A model generated the notes under the pieces. That model did no database searches. It saw only the letters and a list, made by a program, of their open reading frames with translations, and was not told the DNA's origin. Made by a program: the position numbers and the translations under genes. Positions 18,208-27,650 of a DNA stretch of 64,000 nucleotides are shown here, piece after piece; positions within the stretch are counted from its first letter, which is position 1, and every line of letters starts with the position of its first letter. This DNA is from Candidatus Hydrothermarchaeum profundi (GTDB lineage Archaea > Hydrothermarchaeota > Hydrothermarchaeia > Hydrothermarchaeales > Hydrothermarchaeaceae), in the NCBI GenBank assembly GCA_002011125.2, contig MTMF02000009.1:547095-611094 (forward strand), written 5' to 3'.

Positions 18208-20598
18208 ATGTCTATCCTATCTAATAGGTATAGGCTATATTTTTTCCTCTTGATCATTTTGGCCGTGGCTGGAGGCTTGCTTATTCTCCATAGCTCACAA
18301 AAGGTTAAAATTGATTCCACAATACCTGTAATTAGTTCTGGTGAGATCAGGGTTGACTCAGCGGTAATCGGACCCCGCGGCGGTGCCTTTACCTTTGATG
18401 AGGGTCAAGTTACTATACTCCTACCTGAGGGGGCAGTGTTATCTAATATCAATATCACCTGTGAGGCTGCCCCGACGAGCAAGCTACCAGAGGCATTAAA
18501 GGAGATGGCAGTAGTTGGGCAGCTTTATCGCCTAGGACCTGAGAGCATAACCTTCAAGAAGCCGGTGACTATTAGAGTAACCTTAGATAACTCCCTTTAT
18601 AATGTTGCCGAAGACAGCACAGAAGTAGTGCCACCCATCCTCTTCACCGTAAATGAGAAAGGGGAAGCTGAGCCTTTACAGGATCAGAAAATAGTAGTTG
18701 GACCGGGAGAGGCGTATATTCAGGGAAATATTACCCGGTTTAGTTGGATAGTTAAGGAACAGGGCACGAGTATATTTAGAATGATTCCACCAGAGGATAG
18801 CAGTTTTATTAGCGGTAATTGGTTTTCTGCTGACTTCCATATTTATAACCTACGTGAAGAGGAATTAGGAGATAGGACATCGACTACTATATTTAATGTA
18901 TTGTTATGGCCAGTTGGTAGTCATACGGTGGAAGCAGAGCCTATTCAAATGTCGAAACAGGAAAGATTTGATCTTTTTCCAGGCAGAACTCGTAAAAATT
19001 CTTTCTGGTATTTCTGCGGTCAAAAAGGCATAGGAGAATATGGCGCAGGCTTTCACTATTATGTGTCAGAGCTAGAGTATCAAAACGCTACAATTGAGAT
19101 GTCTTTACTGATAAAAAATCAAGCCAAATGCGGTGTACCTGAAGAAAGCGGAAAGGTGATCCAAATCGGAGAAACTAAAGTTGAACGCAAGGGTACAGTC
19201 GAATTATTAATGTCTCCGGCAAAAGTTAGCCCACAAGTTGGTAGTAGATTCATCGTTACTTTTAATGTCCGAAATCTTGGTAAAAGCGAAGTAGGAGAAG
19301 AGTTAATAGAAATAAATCGGGCAATCCTCGCACCTTACTATTCTGACCCAGTAGGGATTTATGCGATAAACGGTAGTGTAGTAGGTATTGCGGGAGTTCC
19401 TCTCAGATCCTTTAGTCTTTCTTCAGGTGATCATCATCAACAAACTTTTACTTTTTACTGCAAAGAGAAAGGGATAGGGGAATACGGTGCCGAACTTACT
19501 TATTCAGGAAGGGGACTAGACTCTCAACAAATTGAGGAGAAACTAGATATAAGAGGCGTGGCTCATTGCAGCATTGAAGAAAATGAAACTGTAACGATGG
19601 GTAAGAGGATAGCTATTCAACCGGAAGGAAACATGAAGTGTAGTTACGCTGGGTGGGAGGCGAAATTCACTGCAGTGACTCTCGACTCTCAAGGTAATAT
19701 AATAGGCCCGGTTGTAGTTACATGGAGTTCTAATGAGTTTGGGATATCTCAAGTGGGTTCTTCTCTCATTTTCACTTCAGAAAAAAGTGGAGCAGGATAT
19801 ATTAATGCCACCGATATTTTCGGGCATTCCGCCTCTATACCGTTTATTGTAAAAAAAGTGCCTAAGGGAGAAGTGCTTCTAGACAATGTAAATATAAAAG
19901 AGAAGTCCAACTCGATCTTTAATATTTCAAAACCGGTCTATGGATACAATTATTTGTATGTCTCTGAGAGTGAGCCGCAAGCTATTGTTCAATTTGTGAA
20001 ACAACTCCTTCCGGACCCCTCTCCAGGTGAGGTCTTTAAGCTCAACGAGCAGCATTACTTGGTTATCGACTCAGAGTCCTACTCAATGCTAATAGCTCCT
20101 GCCATAGTTAAGAGGATATTACCAGATAACCATTTCAACATCGATTCAGCGCTACGCATCAGTGAGGGTCTAAAAGCTCAGTACGTGGTAAGTAATGGAG
20201 TTCCCAGCCTTCACTTCATCGTAGATGGCGCCTACGTTGGATTCATTGAGCTTAAGCAGACCCAGTTACCTCAGAAGGTCACTAAAAGTGTTAGAGAACT
20301 ATCACCAGCTTTAAATAACATGATTTTCTGGGTAAGCAATGTATCGTCTAACATGGTAATATTGGTGGTGGCTGAAGAAAAGAATAAAAGAAATATCAAT
20401 GACGGTGAAAGCCTTGAAGGCTTTCCATTAAGTGTAAACAATCCTGACTTCCCTCTCCATGGATTGTCGAAATTGAGCACTAAGTATTATATTAGCAAAG
20501 GTGAAGAGAAACGGTTATTAGGGACAGAATATTATCTTATCTTCCAATATTCTATGGCTGGCGATCTTACTATGAAACGCATACCGCCTCCATGTTAA
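18208..20598 (+). CDS. Membrane-anchored or secreted protein with a ZU5-like domain and duplicated beta-sandwich repeats
   Basis: N-terminal TM; IGPRGG...LLPEGAV...LGPESITFKKPVTI...TRFSW; CxxKGIGEYGA occurs twice. Confidence 0.7.
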   Translation: MSILSNRYRLYFFLLIILAVAGGLLILHSSQKVKIDSTIPVISSGEIRVDSAVIGPRGGAFTFDEGQVTILLPEGAVLSNINITCEAAPTSKLPEALKEMAVVGQLYRLGPESITFKKPVTIRVTLDNSLYNVAEDSTEVVPPILFTVNEKGEAEPLQDQKIVVGPGEAYIQGNITRFSWIVKEQGTSIFRMIPPEDSSFISGNWFSADFHIYNLREEELGDRTSTTIFNVLLWPVGSHTVEAEPIQMSKQERFDLFPGRTRKNSFWYFCGQKGIGEYGAGFHYYVSELEYQNATIEMSLLIKNQAKCGVPEESGKVIQIGETKVERKGTVELLMSPAKVSPQVGSRFIVTFNVRNLGKSEVGEELIEINRAILAPYYSDPVGIYAINGSVVGIAGVPLRSFSLSSGDHHQQTFTFYCKEKGIGEYGAELTYSGRGLDSQQIEEKLDIRGVAHCSIEENETVTMGKRIAIQPEGNMKCSYAGWEAKFTAVTLDSQGNIIGPVVVTWSSNEFGISQVGSSLIFTSEKSGAGYINATDIFGHSASIPFIVKKVPKGEVLLDNVNIKEKSNSIFNISKPVYGYNYLYVSESEPQAIVQFVKQLLPDPSPGEVFKLNEQHYLVIDSESYSMLIAPAIVKRILPDNHFNIDSALRISEGLKAQYVVSNGVPSLHFIVDGAYVGFIELKQTQLPQKVTKSVRELSPALNNMIFWVSNVSSNMVILVVAEEKNKRNINDGESLEGFPLSVNNPDFPLHGLSKLSTKYYISKGEEKRLLGTEYYLIFQYSMAGDLTMKRIPPPC

Positions 20599-21008
20599 TT
20601 GATAAAAGTGAGTTACGGCTATATCTACTTATAAATTATTGAGCTGTACGCTTACATCCTTCAATAGGTATTCAAAAGGATTCAGGTGTGAAAGAACGCT
20701 GGCACTACGCTGTTCCTTTTTTAAATGGGAGAAAAATAAATTACCACTTTTATAGATAAGGGCCTCTGAAGTAGTAAATTGCACTTTAACTGCTTTAATG
20801 TGCTTTTAGACAGTTTAAATGATGCTTTAGTCCTACCGTATGCTGTTACACTTCTATTCCTTAGGGCCTCTTTTAATTTCTTTCCAGGTTGAAAACAAGG
20901 TTTCTCAGTTTTTGTAAAACTATTAGTTAAATTCTTTCTTTACATTTACTTAACTTATATATATGAGAACAAGTAAATATTTAATCAAAGTTGAGGGGGC
21001 ATTAAGCG

Positions 21009-23531
21009 TTGCAAAGTAAAGGTTTGTCCACAGGACTAAAAGAGATGGATAGACTACTAGGGGGCCTAAAACCAGGAGATAATATTGTTTGGCTGGTTCC
21101 TTCTATGGATGAGTATAAGCTTTTCTTGGAACCTTTTATTTCTCATGCTAAAGAATGCAAATTTACTCTAATTTACGTATCTATAGATTCCTCTCTTACT
21201 GATATTATCGGAAGAGACGTAGAAACTTTTCATATATCAGAATACAATCAAATTTCAAGCCTGATAAAAGACATAAAGACTTTAATAGAAGAAAAAGGAA
21301 GGGGTACTCACTATGTATTTGATCCTTTAACTCTTTTTAAAAATCGATGGGGCGAGGATGCATTAGTTGAATTCTTTCTATCAGTATGTCCGTATCTTTT
21401 CGAAATGGAGACCACTGCTTACTTCAGCATGTATAAGGGTGCTCAAAAAAATGAAACAATTGCTAAGATAAAAGAAACCACTCAGATACTTGTTGATGTG
21501 AGTAGGGTGGGTGGGGAGGTGTATATTCAGGTTCAGAAGGCGTGGGATAGGTATGCGGATGAGATGTTTAAGCCTCATAAGTTTAGGATGGGGGCTTTAA
21601 AGGTCCTTGAGGAGATTGATGTAAGTAATTATGTTTTGAAGTTGGAGGAGAAGGTGAGGGAGCTTAATATTATTAAGAATAAGTTGAAGGAGTCTGAGGA
21701 GAAGTATCGTGATTTGTATGATAATGCTCCGGACATGTATCATTCGCTGGATGAGAATGGTGTTATTATTGAGTGTAATGAGACTGAGGCGAGGATGCTG
21801 GGCTATTCGAAGGATGAGATAATAGGTAGGCCTCTTACAGACTTTTTTACCGATGAGTCCAAAAAACTCTTTCATAAGGATTTTCCTAAATTGAAAAAAG
21901 AAGGATCGCTTCTTAATCTTGAAAGGGAGTTTGTAAGGAAGGATGGAACTACTTTTCCAGTTAGCTTGAATGTCTACGCAGAGTTTGATGAAAATGGTAG
22001 ATTTATTAAAACGAGGTCAATAGCTAGGGATATAACTGTGCTTAAGGAAGCTGAGAAGAAGTTAAAAAAGTTAGCTCATGATCTCGGTGAAAGGGTTAAA
22101 GAACTTAATTGTCTTTACGCTATTTCAAAACTTGTAGAAAGAGAGGGCTCTACATTGGAAGATATCCTTCAAGATACGGTTAATCTTATCCCACCTGCTT
22201 GGCAATATCCTGAGATCACATGTGCAAGGATCACTTTCGGGGATAGTGTATATAAAACTACCAATTTTAGAGAAACCCGGTGGAAGCAAGCAGCTGAAAT
22301 TTTTTCTGATGGAAAGAGAGTTGGAAAAATAGAGGTCTGTTATCTTGAAGAAAGACCGGAGATAGATGAGGGTCCTTTCTTAAAAGAAGAGAGAAATCTA
22401 ATTAACGCTATTGCAGAGCGGTTGGGAGAAATAATATTCCATAAAACAGCTGAAAAAGAGCTTAGGAGACTAAAAGAGTTTAACGAAGGTATTGTTAAGC
22501 GGATGGAGGAGGGCATAATTGTAGAAGATAGGGAAGGTTTTATTACCTTTACTAATCCAAGGATGCTGAAAATGTTAGGGGGGAGTAGAAGTAATATAGT
22601 GGGTAGACATTGGAGCGAGATATTCTCTCCCGAGTCTATAAAGAAGGTAGAGGAAGAGAACTTAAAGCTTATGGAAGGGATGATATCCCGTTACGAGGCC
22701 GTCTTGGATTTTAATGGTAAGAAAGTCGATGTCATGGTTAGTGCTACTCCTATTTCCGAGGATGGTAGATATTCTGGCAATATAAAAGTATTTGTAGATA
22801 TAACTGAGAGGAAAAAAGTTGAAGAAAGGCTTAGATTGAAGGCTTTAAAATACAATATTGAAAAGGGTTCAAGTTACTTAATTACAGAGAAAGCATTAAA
22901 TAAAGGCTTAGATGTTTTTCTTGATCTTTTAAATGCAGGTTATAAAGGCTTAATAATAAGTAGGACTGAGCCTGGAGAAATGGTTGAAAAAGCAGAGGGG
23001 AAGGCTGATGTGATATGGCTTAGTAAGAAAATAAAAGGTGAAAATATTCTTCCTCCATTGCTTAGTGTATTAGCAAAGTTCGTTGAGGATTTTGTTTCGT
23101 CTAATAGGGTTTTGTTGTTAGATAGGCTGGAGTACTTAATTGTGCAAAATGGATTTAATGAGGTTATGAAGTTCTTGCAGGAGCTCAATGAGGTAGTTTA
23201 TGTTGCTAAATCAATTCTTATTGTAGTTGTTGATCCCTCTACTTTATCGGCCCAAGAGCTGGGATTATTGGAAAAGGAAATGAAAAAAGTTGAAGCAAAA
23301 TACCAGGTTGAATTAGATAAAGATCTTTTTGAGATTCTTATGTTCGTAAAAAGCGAGAACGAGTCTGGGAGGTTTCCTGCCCACAAGGATGTGGCACATA
23401 GTTTTGGTATCACACGACCTACAGCTATTAAACGAATAAAGGAATTAAAAAACAGAGGCTATATTGTGGATAGAAGAAGAGGTAAATTCAAGATTATTGA
23501 GTTAACTGAGCGAGGAAAGGCTATATTGTAA
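21009..23531 (+). CDS. Multi-domain sensor/regulator: degenerate KaiC/RecA-like fold, PAS, GAF-like, PAS, DUF835, winged HTH
   Basis: STGLKEMDRLLGGL without Walker A; SEEKYRDLYDNAPD...RDIT; LLLDRLEYLIVQNGF; C-terminal HTH. Confidence 0.85.
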   Translation: MQSKGLSTGLKEMDRLLGGLKPGDNIVWLVPSMDEYKLFLEPFISHAKECKFTLIYVSIDSSLTDIIGRDVETFHISEYNQISSLIKDIKTLIEEKGRGTHYVFDPLTLFKNRWGEDALVEFFLSVCPYLFEMETTAYFSMYKGAQKNETIAKIKETTQILVDVSRVGGEVYIQVQKAWDRYADEMFKPHKFRMGALKVLEEIDVSNYVLKLEEKVRELNIIKNKLKESEEKYRDLYDNAPDMYHSLDENGVIIECNETEARMLGYSKDEIIGRPLTDFFTDESKKLFHKDFPKLKKEGSLLNLEREFVRKDGTTFPVSLNVYAEFDENGRFIKTRSIARDITVLKEAEKKLKKLAHDLGERVKELNCLYAISKLVEREGSTLEDILQDTVNLIPPAWQYPEITCARITFGDSVYKTTNFRETRWKQAAEIFSDGKRVGKIEVCYLEERPEIDEGPFLKEERNLINAIAERLGEIIFHKTAEKELRRLKEFNEGIVKRMEEGIIVEDREGFITFTNPRMLKMLGGSRSNIVGRHWSEIFSPESIKKVEEENLKLMEGMISRYEAVLDFNGKKVDVMVSATPISEDGRYSGNIKVFVDITERKKVEERLRLKALKYNIEKGSSYLITEKALNKGLDVFLDLLNAGYKGLIISRTEPGEMVEKAEGKADVIWLSKKIKGENILPPLLSVLAKFVEDFVSSNRVLLLDRLEYLIVQNGFNEVMKFLQELNEVVYVAKSILIVVVDPSTLSAQELGLLEKEMKKVEAKYQVELDKDLFEILMFVKSENESGRFPAHKDVAHSFGITRPTAIKRIKELKNRGYIVDRRRGKFKIIELTERGKAIL

Positions 23532-23583
23532 ATTTTTACATATTATTTACATTAATTTCAATATTAAGTAAAATACAAGAAAA

Positions 23584-23680
23584 GAAAGAGGTTTATTTTG
23601 AGGTTAAAGACCTCCTACAATGAGCCTCTTTCAACTAGGTGCCGGGAGGTTTCACTCTCGGCGGCTTTCTTTTCATTTTT
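23584..23680 (+). other. Two stem-loops followed by a T tract (terminator or small RNA)
   Basis: gaaagaggtttatt/aatgagcctctttc encloses gaggt/acctc; then gccgggag/ctctcggc; G-U pairs favour the plus strand. Confidence 0.5.
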
Positions 23681-23705
23681 TGGAGAAAACTAGTATTTAA
23701 AATTA

Positions 23706-23766
23706 TGCCCTCAGCGCTCATAGGGTTCATCATATATTCAGATCGCCCATCATTCATCATTGGGCA
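23706..23766 (-). ncRNA. Box C/D sRNA (2'-O-methylation guide), sR-tMet-like
   Basis: Minus strand reads TGCCC A ATGATGA [ATGATGGGCGAT] CTGA ATAT ATGATGA [ACCCTATGAGCG] CTGA GGGCA: four perfect boxes, two 12-nt guides and a 5-bp terminal stem. Confidence 0.93.
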
Positions 23767-23788
23767 CTCAAAATTAATAAACTTACCA

Positions 23789-23798
23789 TTATAAAAAA
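23789..23798 (-). promoter_or_regulatory. TATA box of the C/D sRNA
   Basis: TTTTTATAA about 25 nt upstream of the terminal stem. Confidence 0.55.
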
Positions 23799-23807
23799 TA
23801 CTTCACA

Positions 23808-24029
23808 CTATTTTAAGTCCCTGCGTCCTTCAATTGTTTCTTTTATTTCTTTTAATCTCTCGATGAGCACATGTGCATTGTCTGTGCTCATATTTACAAC
23901 CTTTTCAATTTTCTCTAGTCTACTTGCAAGGTTTGTCAATTTAGTGCTTAAAATGTATATGTATGTCATAGAGAGCAGTAACATAAAAAATAATCCGACA
24001 AAGGCAAATCCAATCACATATTCCTCCAT
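23808..24029 (-). CDS. Small single-TM coiled-coil protein
   Basis: N-terminal hydrophobic helix followed by heptads. Confidence 0.6.
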   Translation of the reverse strand: MEEYVIGFAFVGLFFMLLLSMTYIYILSTKLTNLASRLEKIEKVVNMSTDNAHVLIERLKEIKETIEGRRDLK

Positions 24030-24223
24030 ATAACAACAAGAGCTTTTAAGGAGTAAATATATTTTGTTTAAATTTACTTTTAAAAGAATCTACAATCCGA
24101 GATTATGAGATTTTTGCATCGGGAATCTCTATAGAACCAATATTATCAACTTCCTAATTAAAATCTACTTTGCAAACATACTTGAACAAAATATATTAGA
24201 TAAAAAAACTTCATTGCTAACTA

Positions 24224-24658
24224 ATGAAGGGTATTTATATACTTATCACTTACCTAGAAAAAAACAGTGAAATAGTGATTGGAAGGTTGGGAAAACTTAC
24301 ACTAAAAAAAGGGTTTTATTTGTATGTTGGTTCTGCAATGAACTCTCTTGAAGGAAGGATAAAAAGACATTTCTCAGTAAAAAAGAAAGTTTATTGGCAC
24401 ATTGATTATCTGTTAAAGAACGCGAAACCGCTTTATGTCGTCATCATAGAAACAGAGGAAAATCTAGAGTGCACTCTAGCTAAGAAATTAAAAGAGAGAT
24501 TCATAGAGATAAATAGATTCGGTTCAAGTGATTGCTTATGTGTAAGTCACTTATTTTATTCAGAAGATGATCCTAGTGAAGTTCTAAATAATATCAAGGG
24601 ATTAAAGCCACTTACCTTATTTCAGGATCTTCCCAGTCTTTCTGCTCCAGAGGAGTAG
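24224..24658 (+). CDS. GIY-YIG/Uri superfamily endonuclease (DUF123)
   Basis: MKGIY, YLYVGSA, WHIDYL, FGSSDCxCxSHL. Confidence 0.9.
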   Translation: MKGIYILITYLEKNSEIVIGRLGKLTLKKGFYLYVGSAMNSLEGRIKRHFSVKKKVYWHIDYLLKNAKPLYVVIIETEENLECTLAKKLKERFIEINRFGSSDCLCVSHLFYSEDDPSEVLNNIKGLKPLTLFQDLPSLSAPEE

Positions 24659-25258
24659 ATCAAGCTCATCGAAATCGATTCCTATTCTTTTCGAGAAATC
24701 TTTCATCTTATTCTCTATTCTAATATAATCCTTCTTTTTTGAGATTTTTGGTAGTTCTCCCTTTTTGCAAGGGATTACAGAAAACTCGCATAGGCTTCTT
24801 AATATGTGTTTATCCAATATGGCGTAACCCTTAAAACCTATGTTGCGTAGGAAATGACTTGCTTCTTTATATCCAAATCCCTTTATTTTTTTTACAAAAT
24901 AGTCTCTAAGTTCTTGTTTATCAGTAAAAGATTCGATTTTACCTTTAATATCAAAGTTCAACTCTTTTCTAAGAGTTTCTCTCGCTTCTACAATATACTC
25001 TGCTCTTTTAAATGGATATCTATAGCTGCAATCTTTTAGTGAGCGCTGTATTTCTTCTAGACTACCTGAGAATAGTATATCCTTTAGAGACTCCATAGCA
25101 TTCAGCCCCATCTCAGCACTGGTATTAGCTGTCAGTATACAGAAGCAGAGTTCTTCAAAAATCTTTTTGTTTCCCTTATGGTACACTTCGCTGAACTCTT
25201 GCATCCTCTTCTTGATCTCGTTTTTCCTTATCCGATAAAGTTCCTCTAATTCCTTCAT
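24617..25258 (-). CDS. ogg: 8-oxoguanine DNA N-glycosylase/AP lyase
   Basis: ELCFCILTAN, HhH motif IKGFGYKEASHFLRNIG, ILDKHI, LDLLLW. Confidence 0.92.
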   Translation of the reverse strand: MKELEELYRIRKNEIKKRMQEFSEVYHKGNKKIFEELCFCILTANTSAEMGLNAMESLKDILFSGSLEEIQRSLKDCSYRYPFKRAEYIVEARETLRKELNFDIKGKIESFTDKQELRDYFVKKIKGFGYKEASHFLRNIGFKGYAILDKHILRSLCEFSVIPCKKGELPKISKKKDYIRIENKMKDFSKRIGIDFDELDLLLWSRKTGKILK

Positions 25259-25941
25259 TTTAGATCTACTTCTAATCTTCCCTCAATATTTATCTCTCTG
25301 CCTCTAAAGCATGTATAGTAGGAGTAGACTTCTACTCCATTGGCAAATGCCTTTCTCAGGGCTTCTCCAAAAGTAGGGTCGGTATTGTCATTTGGCTTAA
25401 ATTTTTTGGCGTCAGATCTTTGAACTACAAATATGATACTTGTACGATAGCCTTTCTCTCTAGCTTTAGAAAGCTCCTCCACATGCCTCCTTCCCCTCTC
25501 AGTAGGAGCATCTGGAAACATAGCCACTTCCTCTTTAACTAGTGTGCATGACTTTACTTCTATCAGGCAATCTTGGCCATTGAGAAGAAGAAAATCAAAT
25601 CTGCTATTGCCGTATTTATATTCCGGTATAATTTTTCTATATTTAGAAAATTCTTTCAATGATCGATTTTCTAAGCATTCTTTAATAAGCATATTTGGGA
25701 TTCTAGAATCTATTGACACAATTTCATCGTTAAGCCTAACTCCTATTAAATCGTAGCGAGTTCTCCTATGCCGACTTTCCGTCTCTCTTAGTATAACCCT
25801 TGCTCTAGGGAGTAAGAGTTCCTCGAGTCTCCCCGGATTAGGCAGGAAACATTCTACAGTATCATGTATCCTGACTTTAACCAAGAATCTGTTAACTCTT
25901 ACTAAGAATTTTGCTTCGACCAATTTCCCAGAGAGTTCCAT
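25255..25941 (-). CDS. sfsA: SfsA family nuclease
   Basis: RVNRF, LPNPGRL, SRFDF, IEVKSCTL, FPDAPTERGRRH. Confidence 0.95.
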   Translation of the reverse strand: MELSGKLVEAKFLVRVNRFLVKVRIHDTVECFLPNPGRLEELLLPRARVILRETESRHRRTRYDLIGVRLNDEIVSIDSRIPNMLIKECLENRSLKEFSKYRKIIPEYKYGNSRFDFLLLNGQDCLIEVKSCTLVKEEVAMFPDAPTERGRRHVEELSKAREKGYRTSIIFVVQRSDAKKFKPNDNTDPTFGEALRKAFANGVEVYSYYTCFRGREINIEGRLEVDLK

Positions 25942-25975
25942 AAGTTTAATAGGTTAATGTTAATATGATAATAAT

Positions 25976-27421
25976 ATGCTTAAAAATAAGTTGAAAAAAA
26001 TTAGGGAGGGAGTATATGAACTCCCGAGGGGAGCAAAGCCGGGAATGCGTGTGCCGGCATGGCTATTTCTTAGTGAGAAGTTATTGAAGGAGGTAGAGGA
26101 AGGGGCAATTGAGCAAACAGCTAATGTGGCCACGCTTCCAGGAATTTATAAGCATTCTATCGCGCTTCCTGACATGCATTTTGGATACGGTTTCCCGATT
26201 GGGGGAGTAGCAGCCCTTGATTATGAAAATGGGGGTTTATCTCCAGGTGGAATCGGTTTTGACGTTAACTGCGGTGTCCGTGTATTGAGAACAAACTTAA
26301 AAGATAGTGAAGTAATACCAAAAATGCGAAATCTAGTTGATACTATTTTTAGAAATGTCCCATCTGGTGTTGGTTCAAAGGGGAAAATAAAGCTTTCAAA
26401 GAGCGAACTTGAAGAAGCTATTGAGATAGGAGCCCGATGGGCTGTTGAAAACGGTTATGGTAAAGAAGAAGACCTTGAGCATTTAGAAGAGAAGGGATCA
26501 TTACCCGCGAGGGCGGAGGTTGTTTCCGATAAGGCTAAAAGTAGGGGCATACCTCAGTTGGGAAGCCTGGGAGGGGGTAACCATTTCTTGGAGATACAGA
26601 GGGTTGAAAAGATTTTTGATAAAGAAATTGCGAAGTTTATGGGGATAGAAGAAGAGGGACAAGTCTGTCTCATGGTCCATACAGGCTCTAGGGGATTTGG
26701 GCACCAAGTTTGCACTGATTACTTGAGAATACTTGAGAGCAGGTTTAGAGATATAATCTCCAAGCTCCCGGATAGAGAGCTGGTATATGCGCCTTCCGGT
26801 ACTAAAGAATGTGAGGACTACTTTTACGCTATGAATTCTGCGGCTAACTTTGCGTGGTGTAATAGGCAGATGATTACTCATTGGGTTAGGGAAAGTATAA
26901 CCAGAGTATTTGGAGTTTCAGAAGAAGATATTGGATTAGATGTAATTTATGATGTCGCTCATAATATCGGCAAAGTAGAGGAGCATAAAGTTGATGGCGA
27001 GGTTAAAAAGGTTTATGTACATAGGAAAGGTGCAACCCGGGCCTTTGGTCCGGGAAGCTCTGATATCCCAAGGGACTATCAGAAGATAGGACAGCCTGTT
27101 CTAATTCCTGGCTCTATGGGAACCGCTTCTTATATTTTAATAGGCACAGAGAAAGCGGAAGAAGAAACCTTTAGTAGTGTTTGTCATGGTGCTGGAAGAC
27201 TACAATCGAGAGCAAAGGCTCTGAAGAGTTATAGGGGAGAGCAAGTAAAGAGGGAGCTGGAAGGTAGGGGTATAATAGTTAGATCGGCTTCTTGGAAAGT
27301 GCTTGCGGAAGAAGCTCCTGCTGTTTATAAAGATGTAGATGAAGTTGTTAAAACCTGCGAGTTAGCCGGAATATCTAAAATAGTCGTTGAGCTTCGGCCT
27401 CTCGGAGTAGTTAAGGGATGA
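25976..27421 (+). CDS. rtcB: RNA-splicing ligase RtcB
   Basis: LPDMHFGYGFPIG, DVNCG, GGGNHFLE, HTGSRG, YDVAHN, HGAGR, EEAPAVYK. Confidence 0.97.
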   Translation: MLKNKLKKIREGVYELPRGAKPGMRVPAWLFLSEKLLKEVEEGAIEQTANVATLPGIYKHSIALPDMHFGYGFPIGGVAALDYENGGLSPGGIGFDVNCGVRVLRTNLKDSEVIPKMRNLVDTIFRNVPSGVGSKGKIKLSKSELEEAIEIGARWAVENGYGKEEDLEHLEEKGSLPARAEVVSDKAKSRGIPQLGSLGGGNHFLEIQRVEKIFDKEIAKFMGIEEEGQVCLMVHTGSRGFGHQVCTDYLRILESRFRDIISKLPDRELVYAPSGTKECEDYFYAMNSAANFAWCNRQMITHWVRESITRVFGVSEEDIGLDVIYDVAHNIGKVEEHKVDGEVKKVYVHRKGATRAFGPGSSDIPRDYQKIGQPVLIPGSMGTASYILIGTEKAEEETFSSVCHGAGRLQSRAKALKSYRGEQVKRELEGRGIIVRSASWKVLAEEAPAVYKDVDEVVKTCELAGISKIVVELRPLGVVKG

Positions 27422-27650
27422 AAGAAAAGGATTGAAAGACTTTATTAGATTTTAACAGATTTCACGGCAGAGAAGCTACGGGGAAATTGGGGAATCCACA
27501 GGTAAGTTCTGTCGCGGAATTTTCTGGTGCTTTCTTGCGGTGTTTATGATTATTTTGAAGACTTGTGGTTGAATTAAAAAGTTAGGAATAAATGCTAAAT
27601 TCTTGAAAATTATAGGAAACGAAGTGATAAAAGTTTCATATTCTATCTGA
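27418..27650 (+). pseudogene. Decayed small archaeal hypothetical gene
   Basis: ATG overlaps the rtcB stop; fragments FNRFHGREA, EFSG and YDYFED are interrupted by stops and frameshifts. Confidence 0.4.

Noticed and set aside
20720-20945. Minus-strand frame with an HU-like FQPGKKLKEAL motif
   Set aside because: The ATG is followed immediately by TAA and the match is too short to support a gene.
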